Assembly (NCBI GenBank): GCA_000388065.2
Contig: KB932204.1
Source of the DNA: Fonticula alba ATCC 38817
Lineage: Eukaryota; Protista; Nucleariida
Reading direction: 5' to 3' (one strand)
DNA length: 31,058 nt
The first letter of the stretch is position 1, and the number at the start of each line of letters is the position of its first letter. The notes under the pieces are model-generated. The model saw only the letters and a list, made by a program, of their open reading frames with translations, was not told the origin of the DNA and ran no database searches. Position numbers and translations under genes: made by a program. This document shows, piece by piece, positions 1-10,513 of the stretch.

Positions 1-57
1 GAAAGGGGAGGGGGGGAGGGAAAAAAAACTGTGAAGCAGGGCAGGCGGGAGATGTAC

Positions 58-395
58 CTTGCCATTCATGCCATAAATGATGGTCAGGGTGAGGCCGTTG
101 AAGACATCGAGCATGACCGACACAAAGAGCGACTGGAAGACGGGCAAGCCGAAGGCCGAGAAGAGCAGGGGGCAGATCATGTTCCTGTGATGGGGCAGGA
201 GCGGGGAGAAGAGGGCAGCCGGCAGGGGACCGGCGCGAAGTCAGCCTGAGGCCTGAAAGGGGGAGGGGGAGAGCGCCGACCGGAGAGCCGCGCGAATGGC
301 ACGTACCAGGCCGTGAAGGACATCGTCGAGGCGGCGAAGCCCATCAGGAGGGACGACGGCACCAGGATGGCGCCGATTGTCGCGAGGCTGGGCAT
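58..395 (-). CDS. TauE/SafE (sulfite exporter, DUF81)-like membrane protein, 5' portion only; the gene continues beyond the left edge
   Basis: Exons 395-307 and 184-58; donors GTACGT and GTACAT; Trp codon split TG|G. Spliced product: MPSLATIGAILVPSSLLMGFAASTMSFTAWNMICPLLFSAFGLPVFQSLFVSVMLDVFNGLTLTIIYGMNGK. The hydrophobic helices and the G-x-A...P-L-L...FG-L-P...S...Y pattern resemble the first TauE repeat. The family call is by motif recall only. Confidence 0.55.
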
Positions 396-885
396 GGCTG
401 GCAAGCGGACAAGGGAGGACGAGGGAGGGGGGAGGGAAAATTCACAAGAACAGACACACAGGCACACACACACACGCGCGTGTCAAGCTGGGGCGTTTGG
501 CTGACCTGGGGCGCGGGAGTCAGACCAGGGGCAGATGGGAGGATAAATGGGCGGGCGGGCGGGCGAGCGGGCAGAGGGGAGGAAGGGCGAGCGTGGAAAC
601 GGGCAGGGCGGGGGGGGGGGGGGCGGACAACCTAAGGAAAAGTGAGGAGGGAGGAGGGGAGATGGCAAGCCGTGGGGAGGATGCCGGTCAGTAGGGGCGC
701 GGCGTCTGCGTGCGCCGTGGCGGAAAATGCACGCCCAAGAACCGACCGCAGGCCGTGTGCGCGTGCGCGTGCGCATGTTTACACTTTGGCGCGGGGTGTT
801 TGCCCCCGGGCAGGGGCGCGGCAGGGGGCTGATCTCCGGCCGTTCCCCCGGCCGCCTCGCCCCGCCCAGCTGGCTGGCCGAGTGG

Positions 886-893
886 CCAATCGG
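886..893 (+). promoter_or_regulatory. CCAAT box (NF-Y/HAP-like, GGCCAATCGG) in the divergent intergenic region between genes 1 and 2
   Basis: Matches the RRCCAATSR consensus about 490 nt upstream of the gene 1 ATG. The same 8-mer also occurs in an intron (8962-8969), so chance occurrence is possible. Confidence 0.3.
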
Positions 894-1476
894 CCCGCCG
901 GGGTCTGCGCGCGGCTGGGCTGCTGGAATGCGGTATGAAACAGCTCGGCCGGGGGTGCCGCCGACGGGCAGAGGGCCGGGGCCCGGAGGAGAGCCAGCCG
1001 GTGTGCGGCGGCCGCGCGGACCGTCGCACCGTTCTTTGCTTGTGGTCCGGCGTCCGGGACGTCCCGCTCGGCCCCCCCCCCCCCCCCCGGGCGCGTGTTC
1101 GCCTGTCCTACAAAGCTGATGGTGCCGCCAGAATGACCGGGGCCGAGTTCGCACGCACGCACGCGCGCGCGCGCGACCCGGGGGAGAATATCTGCCGCCG
1201 GGACGGGATCTTTTTTCCCCGCCCCCCCCCCCGCGTCCGGTTGCCCGGATGTGTGGGGTGCACTGGGCCGGGGCGGGGGTGCGCGCGTGCCCCGCCGGCA
1301 CCCGCCCCCATATGGCGGAGGCCCACCGCTCCCGCGCGGCAATCATCGACCTCCGTGCCCCCGGCAGCCCGCCGCACCGACCCGGCAAGTGCCCATCCAG
1401 CTGCATCTCCCCGCCCCCGGCTCTGCCGGCCGGGGGCAATCGGCCGTGCGTGTGCGCGCGTCCGGGTGGGGGGGGG

Positions 1477-1621
1477 NNNNNNNNNNNNNNNNNNNNNNNN
1501 NNNNNNNNNNNNNNNNNNNNNNNNNNNNNNNNNNNNNNNNNNNNNNNNNNNNNNNNNNNNNNNNNNNNNNNNNNNNNNNNNNNNNNNNNNNNNNNNNNNN
1601 NNNNNNNNNNNNNNNNNNNNN
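1477..1621. other. Assembly gap (145 N) next to a poly-G tract
   Basis: N run seen directly, preceded by a G run. Confidence 0.99.
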
Positions 1622-2416
1622 CCGGTTCCAGCAGGCTCGAAGAAGCACGCTCATGTCGGCCACGGCCGAGGGGGGAGGGTGGCAGGCTGCCATGGTGCGT
1701 GGGCGCGTCCGTGTGGGCCAGGTACCGCCCCTGGGCGGTCGGGGTAGGGCGAGATGTGTCCATGAGGTGGGTGCCGGCGCGCGGCGGCGGCCCCCTTGCC
1801 AGGGCGCCGGGGCTGGGGGAGGGGCGGATTTTCACGCGCTCGCGGCCGGCTCAGGGCGACGGGTGTTTATTTTCAATTCCCCCGGTGTCCTGGCAGGACC
1901 GCGGGCCGGAAGGGGCGAGGGTGTGTGCACAGGGGCGGGGGGGGGGATGTCGGCTGCCATACGCCTGTCCTGCTTCATGGGCTGATCCGCCTCCCCTGGC
2001 GCCGGAAGCCGGCTACAGGCCGGGGCTCCGCCCGCGCCGGCGCGAGCTCGGGCACCGGCCGCCCCGCCTCCCCCCCCCCCCCCCCCCCCCCCTCCTCCTG
2101 GGGTGTTGGGGAATTCGCAGCAGCGCTAGTCACTCCGGGCGGAAGTCATGAACCCGGATCGGCCAGGACCGCAGCGGGGAGGCCGAAGCATCCCGCACAC
2201 GGGGGGCGATCCCCGTCGGAGACTGAAAAAAACCCCGGGCCACAGGCACACCGGCCCCCGGCAGGGCATTCACCTCCCGACCTGCCCCTGCCCCTGTCTC
2301 TCCCTCTCGCCTCTTTTGGACTCTGCTTGTCTCCCTCGCGTGCTGCCTCCCGGCTTTGCCTTGCTGCTTGCTTTCTCTCCGCCGCCGAGTCGACCCCCTC
2401 GCGCTTGCTTGATCCC

Positions 2417-4321
2417 ATGCCCTCGCCGGAGCCGCCCATCAACGTGGCCGTGCTGCAGTCCTCGTACGGAGCCTCGGACTCCGTGTTCAAGGATTGGGAC
2501 ACGTATGACTGCACGCCGCGGCACTACTTCGACGCCCTGCCGGTCGGGCACCCGGCGCACGGGCGCTACCGCTTCACCAATGTCTGGCTGGACAAGAGCA
2601 CCTCGGTCATCCGGACGCTGGAGCTGCTCAATGGCGTGAGCGCTTCGGGGGCCGAGGCGCCCGGGCCGGCCGGCCCCGGTGCCTGCCCCCTCGCGCCGGG
2701 GGACCAGCCTACCGCACCCAACACCGCCACCAGCCCCTCATCCAGTGCCAGTGCACAGACGTCAGCCGCCACGGCATCCGTCACCGGGCCCTTCGACTTC
2801 TATGTCAATCTCACGGACGGCGCGTGGGACGAGGACCGGGCCGGGGTGGAGGTGTGCGAGGCGCTGCAGCGCTTCCGCGCCCCCTACACCGGCGCCGACC
2901 CGCGCTTCTTCTCCATGACCAAGGAGGCGCAGAAACTCCGGCTGAATGAGGCCGGCCTGGTGACGGCGCCCTATGTCTTTTGCTACACGGAGGCCGACCT
3001 GCAGGCGGCCGACCGGGGCCTGGACTATCCGCTGATCTTGAAGCACTACAACAGCGGCGGGTCCATCGGCATGACGGTCGACTCGCGGGTGGAAACCCGC
3101 GACCAACTTCTGGCCGAGGGCCGCCGCTTCCTGCGGGAGTTCGGCGGCGTGCTGGTGGAGGAGTTCATCGCCGGGCGGGAGTTCACGGTGCTCGTGAGCG
3201 AGGGCGGGTGCTCGGGACTCGGGTGCCAGGGCGCCGACGGCGATCCGGCGGTCTTCTGCGGGGCGGTGGCCTGCCCCGGCGAGGCGGCCTCCAGGTGTCA
3301 GTGCGATCAGGACACCCGGTCCGGCTGCACGCCCGGCACGTCGGCCAGTGCGGCGGCCATGCTCGACGAGCCGGCAGCCTGCCGGTGCGGCCGCGACCGG
3401 GACCCCCTGCCACATGCGTACCAGCCGGTGGAGTGCTCCTTCGCGCCGGATGTCACCTTCAAGTACTTCGACATCAAGTGGATCGCCTACGAGGGCATGG
3501 AGTGGACCCCGGTGGTGGAGGAGCCCCTGGCCGGGCGCCTGCGCGAGCAGGCGGTCCGCGCTTTCCGAGCCCTCGGCGGAACCGGCTATGGTCGTGTGGA
3601 TGTGCGTCTTTGCCAGCGCACCGGGGACCTGGTTTTCCTGGAGATCAACCAAAATTGCGGGCTCTTCTATGAGCGGGCCCTTTGGGGCTCGGCCGATTAC
3701 ATCCTGCACTTTGACAGCCCGGAGCATGGGGTGGCGCGGTTCTTCGAGCGCATCCGCCGGGCGGCCTTCCGCCGGGCCCGGCGCTCGATTGCCACCTTCC
3801 ATGTGCGGACCTGCCCGGCGCCGGTCGGCGGCCCGGTCACCCGGCGCAAGCCGGTCGGCTGCTTTGCCTCGGTTGCCCTGCGCCCGGGGGACTGCGTGGC
3901 CTACAATGAGGCTTGTCCGATGGTGGTGTCCAGCCCCGGAGGGTCGGGTCTGTTGCAGGCCGACGCCTCGCCGCCGTTGCTGATCCCGGAGCCGGTGCTG
4001 TCCGGCGACCGGGCCATCGCCCTGCGCGGGGCCCCCACTCCCGGGGCCCAGGTCACCTTCTCCTTCTGGCCCGGGGTCAATGGCCCGGCCCCGGTGGGTG
4101 CTGGGCCCCAGGAGAACCACCAGGCCAATCCGCAGGTGTTCCGGTCGCCCGCCGGTGCCGGAGCCCCGGCCAACGCCCGCTTCGGCCAGCCCGCCAAGCA
4201 TGATGGCACGCTCAGGGATCCCTTCAGCGTCTTCGCCCTGCGGGACATCCTCCCGGGCGAGGAGATTGTCCTGGATTATGATAGCTTCCTGGGCCTGTCG
4301 CCTGGCGGCAACCAGTGCTGA
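2417..4321 (+). CDS. D-Ala-D-Ala-ligase-like ATP-grasp protein with a C-terminal SET-like domain (634 aa, single exon)
   Basis: Uninterrupted ORF from ATG 2417 (MPSPEPPINVAVLQSSY). ATP-grasp motifs: YPLILKH, SIGM, LVEEFIAGREFTVLV, GYGRVDVR, FLEINQNCG. SET-like motifs: GCFASVALRPGDCV, ENHQANP...NARF, FALRDILPGEEIVLDY. Confidence 0.85.
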   Translation: MPSPEPPINVAVLQSSYGASDSVFKDWDTYDCTPRHYFDALPVGHPAHGRYRFTNVWLDKSTSVIRTLELLNGVSASGAEAPGPAGPGACPLAPGDQPTAPNTATSPSSSASAQTSAATASVTGPFDFYVNLTDGAWDEDRAGVEVCEALQRFRAPYTGADPRFFSMTKEAQKLRLNEAGLVTAPYVFCYTEADLQAADRGLDYPLILKHYNSGGSIGMTVDSRVETRDQLLAEGRRFLREFGGVLVEEFIAGREFTVLVSEGGCSGLGCQGADGDPAVFCGAVACPGEAASRCQCDQDTRSGCTPGTSASAAAMLDEPAACRCGRDRDPLPHAYQPVECSFAPDVTFKYFDIKWIAYEGMEWTPVVEEPLAGRLREQAVRAFRALGGTGYGRVDVRLCQRTGDLVFLEINQNCGLFYERALWGSADYILHFDSPEHGVARFFERIRRAAFRRARRSIATFHVRTCPAPVGGPVTRRKPVGCFASVALRPGDCVAYNEACPMVVSSPGGSGLLQADASPPLLIPEPVLSGDRAIALRGAPTPGAQVTFSFWPGVNGPAPVGAGPQENHQANPQVFRSPAGAGAPANARFGQPAKHDGTLRDPFSVFALRDILPGEEIVLDYDSFLGLSPGGNQC

Positions 4322-4751
4322 TGTCCATGGCGCCTGGCGGCGGGCCCGGGGTCGTCCAGCGAGGGACTAGCCCGGCGGGGGGGGGGGAGGTGATGAATCG
4401 CCACGGCCTGCGGGGCCGACTCGCGCACGCCGCACCCGGCACCCGGCCAGGCGTGCCCCCCCCCCCCCTGTCGGGGACGCCTTTTGTCCCTCTGGCGGGC
4501 GCGGTCGATGGCCGTCCACGTGACATTAGAAATCGCCGCGCCCCGCGCCAGCATGCGGAGGGACATGCTCCCCTGCCGCCACCGCACCCGGAGGGGGCGG
4601 AGGCGCGCGGATCCGCGCGACACGGCCAATGTTCGAGTGTGCCCCATCGCGTCTGGCGTATGGGACCGCCCCCCCCTCCCCCCCGGTCTGGGTCTTGCCC
4701 TCTGATTTGCCATCTGTCTTTGAATATACACGTAGAGGTCCTTCCCCCCCC

Positions 4752-4884
4752 NNNNNNNNNNNNNNNNNNNNNNNNNNNNNNNNNNNNNNNNNNNNNNNNN
4801 NNNNNNNNNNNNNNNNNNNNNNNNNNNNNNNNNNNNNNNNNNNNNNNNNNNNNNNNNNNNNNNNNNNNNNNNNNNNNNNNNNNN
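4752..4884. other. Assembly gap (133 N) flanked by poly-C
   Basis: N run seen directly. Confidence 0.99.
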
Positions 4885-5034
4885 CCCCGGCCAGGTTGTC
4901 TGGCCGATCGCCACGCCAGCGGGGGTTTATTGGCCGCCCCGGGGCGGTCCCCTTCGGAATCCCAGCAATGTGGCTTCCTCGTCCCCCCTTCCCCTTGACA
5001 TATCCTCGCACCTTTCGCCTGCCCTCTCACCGCG

Positions 5035-6305
5035 ATGACCGACACGGTGGTCTTCCTCCGGCACCCGGACGAGTCCCAGGGGTATTTGGCCGCGCTGGGC
5101 GCCGGGCCGCTGGCCGTTGCCGAGCACCGGTGCATCCCACTTCTGCGGTACCGGTACTTGGATGAGGCCATTGACCGGGTGTGTTCCCTAGTTTGCCCGG
5201 GGCTCCCCTTCGCCCGGGCGTGCGCCTCCTCCCCCCTCCCCCCCCCCCCCTGCTTGCCTGTGGCTGTGTGCTGACACTCTCCCCTTGCTGCAGCTCTCCG
5301 AGTCCATTCTTTCCTTGGCGGGCAAGGGCCCGGGGCCCTCGGCCATCATTTTGACATCCATCCATAGCGTGACAGCCGTGAAGCAGGCTTTGGATCGGCT
5401 GCGGGCCCGTCTGTCCCCGGAAGAGATGACCAGCCTCCTGGGCCGGGTGGCTCGGCTGCCGATCTTTGCGGTCGGCCCGGCCACCGGGGCCGCCGCGCGC
5501 CGGGACCTCCAGGACCCGCTGCCCGGGGGAGCCCTGCCACCACTGCAAGTCCTCGGCGAGGACTCCACCACCGGCGGGCAGCTGGCCCGCGTGGTTATTT
5601 CGTATGTCGAGCAGCTGGCCGATGCGCCGGGGGAATGGACCGGTACGCTTCCCCTGCTCCCTGCTGCCGATGGCGCCGCATTCTGCATCCTGCGCCTTTC
5701 CCACTCACCCGGCCCTTCTTTCCCTGTGTCTCCCTGCGCGCCTCGCGTTGCCTGTGTCCCCCCCTGCCTCTTTCGGTTGTATTTCTGCTGCTCTCTGCTC
5801 CCCCTCCGCCGCCCCCTCCCCCCCCCCTCCCGGTCTTCTACGGCTCCTCTCGTCCTTTGCCACGCGCGCAGCTCTTTTCCCCTGCTCATCCATCCGCCGC
5901 GAGGAGTTGGCCACCAAGCTGGCACGGCTCCCGGTCACCGGCTCCAGGGGGCAGCAGGTTGTCATTTCCCTGACGGAGGTCCGGTCCTATGAGACCACCT
6001 TCGATGAGCAGGGCGGCCAGGCCCTGGGCCAGCTCCTGCATGAGCGTCTCGCATCGGGCCCCGGTGGCCGCCTGTGGCTGGTGTTTTTCAGCCCCTCAGG
6101 TGTGCTCTTCGCCGACCCAATCATCCGGCCATTTGCCTCGGCCAATGACCCGGGCCAGGCCCTGCAATTGGGCTCCATCGGTAGCACCACCACGCGGGAG
6201 CTCCGAGAGCGTGGCTTCCGGGTTTCCTCAACGGCCACCAGCCCGACGCCAGCCGGCGTGGCCGCCGCCCTGGGGCAAACATTCGCCGACCTGGGAAGCC
6301 AATAA
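5035..6305 (+). CDS. HEM4: Uroporphyrinogen-III synthase (HemD/HEM4/UROS family), 3 exons, about 308 aa
   Basis: Exons 5035-5178, 5294-5642 and 5872-6305 join in frame (927 nt). Family motifs: IPLLRYRY, AIILTS..SV.A, IFAVGPATG, LFPCSSIRREEL, EVRSYET, LVFFSPSGV, SIGSTT..EL...GF, ATSPTPAGV. Confidence 0.8.
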
Positions 6306-6653
6306 GAGACGCACCTGTGCCGGCGTCTCGCTGCCCGCAACCACACCCCATGTCGAAAGTGTAGGGGGGAGGGGGCATCCCAGGAGCAGGCGGCAGGAAA
6401 AGAAAAGGAAGGCGAAGAGAAGAAGGCAGAATGCATTCACGTCGATAAGACTGGGGGGGGGGGGGGGGGTGTCGGTGTGTATTCATCTCCTCCCTCCACC
6501 TCCATGTCGCCATGACGGGTGAGTGCGGAGGGAAGGGGAAGGAGGAAGGGGCGCAAGTGTGTGCGCGCCGGTTGCTACTCTGCAATGGCTCGCCTATAAC
6601 TGGACCAGGGGACAGGGGCTGCACACTCCTACCAATACACACATGCACGAGCA

Positions 6654-7299
6654 TCATAGCGTCGGTGTGGTCACCGCAGCCAGGGAGATCGAGTCGGTCT
6701 CGGTCCGGAGGCTGAGGACGTTCTGCTCAAACTCAGCGACCAGTGACTCGGACACGCCCATTGAGGGGGCCAGCCGCTTCACGTCAGGAAGGTATTTTTG
6801 AACAATCTGATGGAGGACCGAGCATTCGCGCGGAATATCGATGCTCTTGGCGGCCTGGCAAGCGGGCGGATGAAAAGTCCGTCAGTGGCCAGGACATGGC
6901 AAGCAGCAGGCGCGCATGTACGCGCGCGGGGCTAATATGGCAAGAGAGGGCACGGAAGTCAGGCGTGTACCTTGTCGTTGTTGCTGACCAGCGACATGGC
7001 CGACAACGAAAAGGCCAGGGATGAGGTGTTGCTCACGCTCTTCTTGGACTTCTGCTTAAGCAGCGGCGGGGGGGCAGACGCCGCGGGGGGCCCGCTGGCG
7101 GCGACATCCGTCGATGTAGCAGTCTGGGAGCTCCGGGTTAGCATTCGGGGCGGCAGCGGCGGGAGGGGGGGGCCCGGCTCCCGGCCCTCTATGCCGGCCT
7201 GCCCAGGTGGATGGGGGGAAAAACAAATACCCCCTATGATGCCAACGGGCGAAGGTTGCCGCGGGGGTGGGGCTGAACATGTGTGTGTGTTCGGGCCCC

Positions 7300-7364
<65 letters not shown>

Positions 7365-7949
7365 CGGAGACCAGCAACACACGGGTCATCACGGCTGGAA
7401 GGGGCCCAAAAAAAACAACAACAAATGGCCAAACATCAGGCAACATTGATGGCAGACGCACCGAGATCGTGAGCAGGAAGGTGCGCATCTCGCTCATACG
7501 CGGGATGATGATGTCCTGGTTGAGGTCCTGCATGTGAGGCTCCTTGGCCCCGAACTCCACGAGGTTGGCCAAGTTCTGCACGGTCTTGGCAATGAGGGTG
7601 AATGCCCGGGCGGCCTGCTTGTTGGTCATGGACGGGCAATCCGACAGGAAGCCAAAGAGGTGCGGGCTCAGGATGGATGCCACGACCAAGCGCAGGAAGA
7701 AGAACCCGGCCACCGCGGTCAGCCCGGCGGTCGAGGCCTCGGAAGGGAACTTCTCGGCGCAAGTGGTGCGGATGTGCTGCAGGACCCGGCGGAGGGACCT
7801 ACATTTGAGAGAGAGAGAGAGAGGCAGGAGAAACAGGAACGGGGGAGGGGGGCGGACCCCATGGCATTGTTGTCAGAAAGGGGATAGGGAGCGCGGGTCC
7901 AAAGAAGCCCCGGGACAGCATCTGGAGAGGGAGGGAAGGAGAAAAGACA

Positions 7950-7999
<50 letters not shown>

Positions 8000-8000
8000 A

Positions 8001-8033
<33 letters not shown>

Positions 8034-10513
8034 AAGAAGAAGGAAGGAGCAAAAGGAGCGGCTGTGATATACGCACATGGGCACCTCAGACACGCTCTGG
8101 AACAGGGCATCTAGGATCTCGTCGGTGAACTTGACCAGGCGCTTCTTGTGCTTCTTGATGTCCTGGCCCTTCTCCAGACGCAGTGGGTCGATTTCGCAGG
8201 ACTTCTTGTAGGCGGCAATCTTCATGATCGTCGGGCCAAAAGTCCGGTGCAGGTATTCCAGTGCCACCAGCTTTTGGAAGACATCGACCGCCTTGGACGC
8301 CAGGGAGTTGCCGCGGAAAATGGTTGAAGAGGAGACTGAGGGGTGGAGGCACGGAAGAAAGAGCGGGAGAAAGGAGGAACAAGATACGATAGCTGACGGT
8401 CAGTCCATCCACTTCGGGAAATCTTGCCCCCGGCCTCGGCGGGGAACGGCAAAAGGGAGGCGCATGTGGCGGACGCACGGGTGGCATCGATCTCGCGCTG
8501 GCAAATAGCCTGGAGGAAGGCAAAGGCGTCATCCTCGGACAGGGCAGAGGTGATTTTCATCAGGGACCAGGCGGCAACCTCGCGCTCCTTCCCCAGAGAC
8601 TGGTTCAACAGTGAGGGGATGGCGTAGTTGTCGCGCTGCAAGAGCTCCAAGAAGGTGTCATACTTCTCGCGCCCGAGGATGATCTCCTCCTGTGAAGCAA
8701 AAAGGGGGTGTGGGGGGGGAGAGCAGGAGGGGGGGAAGCGTTGGGGTAGGTGTGTGTGTGTGTGTGTATGTGTGTGTAAGAAAATGGAAAGGGCGAGATG
8801 GGAAACAAAAGGAGGGCAGAGCAGACCATGCACGTACAAGGAACTTGTAGCGGAAGCGCACGGAGCCAGTTTGGGGGGTTTCCGCATCCGCCACTGCGTG
8901 CAAGATCGCGGAAGGGAGAGGGGAGGGGGGGGGGGGGATGCACATGTCAGTACAAAGTTGACCAATCGGGAAGGTGAACGCGGGGGGGAAGGAGGAGGGG
9001 GGCACCAACACGCACGAAGGCCCTTCTTGAGAGACTGGCAAAGGAAACGCTCATAATCCAGCGCAAAGGTGGCGGGCTTGTCGCCGGTCTGCTTGCTCTC
9101 GGATGTGTCCCGAATTTCGGCTGTTTGGGGGGGGGGGGGGGGGCAGGGGTTGGACATGTCAGTCCCAGGCTCGAAGGAGAGGAGGGTGGTCGGGGCAGGT
9201 CGTTCGCCAGACCGGCCATGGCCCTGGCCACCAGCATGCAAAGAAGTAAAAGAGGCTTGAGGGGGGCATGTACCGGGCTTCGGCTCGAGCCAGATCTTGT
9301 GTCGCCCGCTGAGCTGGCCCCCGGGGCTGAGGTACTTATAAAGGGGCAGGGCAGCGTGGCCCATGAAGTCGTCATCGGTAAAGCGATCCCAGTCCCAGAC
9401 AGACACATGGATGACGGCCGTGGACAGATCTTCGATGGACTCGCTGCAGCCATGGTGCAGGGACGTGGGCAGGGGAGAAAGCCGCCAATGGGGGAGTGTC
9501 AGAGCATCGCAGGGGGTGTGGGAGTTCTCGTGGAGAAGCGAGCCACAGGGGATGGTGCCCATGAAGGGCGGCGAGGGAAAGGCCCAAGGGGGGCAAAGAC
9601 AACGCACAAGCGGAAAGTCTCATTGAACTGGGGGTTGAGGGTCTTGCGGATGGTCTTGGTGCGGAAGGTTTGCACCGGGGCCCCGGCGCTCGCGGCGGCA
9701 TCCCCGGCGGCGGTGGTGTAATTCCCCCGGAGCAGGGTCATAACCACATACGGGTCGCTGAGGCCATTGACATCGCGGCTGACCAGATTCACGCCGCGGC
9801 TGATGGTCAGGAAGACGGAGTTGTTGGTCGAGGCGATCTCGAACTCCAGGAAGCCGGACACCGTCCCCTCGGTGGAGGCCGGGTGAATGGGCACCCAGCA
9901 GTCCAGCAGCTCGTTCTTCTGCTGATCCAGGGCTGGCAGGGCCGATGCCAGGGGGAAGGGATTGGCCAGATGGAAGGGATAGCTCATGTGCCCCCCGGTG
10001 GCGATGTTGCCGGAGGCAGTGCTCAGGACCGGCAGCGAGACCTTCCCAAGGACGCGGTTCGAGCCATACGGGAGATCCTCCCAGATAACAAGCTCGGCCG
10101 AGGTGATTCGGCCGACATCCTGCTCGGTGCTGCGTGTGCGTGTGCGTGATAGAGGGGGAGNNNNNNNNNNGGGGGGGGAGGGAGGGAGCCCGTATGTGAG
10201 TACGGACGTGCGTGCGGGTGCGCCGGTGCGCCGGGCACAGGCGATGGGGGCACCCACTCACAGAGGCGACGTACATGTGCAGGACGTCGGTCCAAAGGCT
10301 GTTCCGAACGGTGGTGGAGGCCGTGGTGTGGACAAGTTGCGAGTTGACCTTGACGCCGCAGAAGATGGCGCCCTCATCGGGAACCGGCTGGCCGGCTGCG
10401 GCGCTGGCGCCGCCCTCACGCCGAAGGTCCTTCGCCTCGACGACCTCAAGGACCAGCGAAGTCTCGACGCGCGGCCCGGCGCCGAGCTCGGTAGTCGCCT
10501 GCGCAGCGGACAT
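6654..10513 (-). CDS. Ras GTPase-activating protein with two N-terminal C2 domains (C2-C2-RasGAP), 10 exons, about 750 aa
   Basis: Exons 10513-10275 (or 10262), 10129 (or 10119)-9608, 9443-9274, 9120-9016, 8893-8838, 8689-8479, 8335-8077, 7798-7462, 7123-6971 and 6854-6654 join in frame. C2 motifs: VLEVVEAKDL, SRDVNGLSDPYV, KTLNPQFNETF, VWDWDRFTDDDFMG. RasGAP motifs: TIFRGNSLASK (arginine finger), SCEIDP, GFFFLRL, AKTVQNLAN, FGAKEPHM. Confidence 0.9.
7302..7364. repeat. Poly-G homopolymer of about 63 nt (poly-C on the RasGAP pre-mRNA), in intron 8
   Basis: Seen directly; lies between RasGAP exon boundaries 7462 and 7123. Confidence 0.95.
7951..8036. repeat. (GA)n microsatellite in a RasGAP intron
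   Basis: Interrupted AG dinucleotide tract inside intron 8076-7799. Confidence 0.95.
10161..10170. other. Assembly gap (10 N) in RasGAP intron 1, beside poly-G
   Basis: N run seen directly. Confidence 0.99.

Noticed and set aside
483-2151. Long ORFs across the first intergenic region (450 aa, 300 aa, 270 aa and others)
   Set aside because: Pro/Gly/Arg-rich, span an N-gap, have no motifs, and are open in several frames at once; expected from extreme GC content.
1796-2416. N-terminal extension of the 841-aa ORF
   Set aside because: Starts at a non-ATG codon and is low complexity; conserved-looking sequence begins at ATG 2417.
2762-4201. 479-aa antisense ORF
   Set aside because: Shadow of the GC3-rich ATP-grasp-SET gene.
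6959-7537. Poly-Gly and poly-Pro ORFs
   Set aside because: Translations of the intronic poly-G tract.
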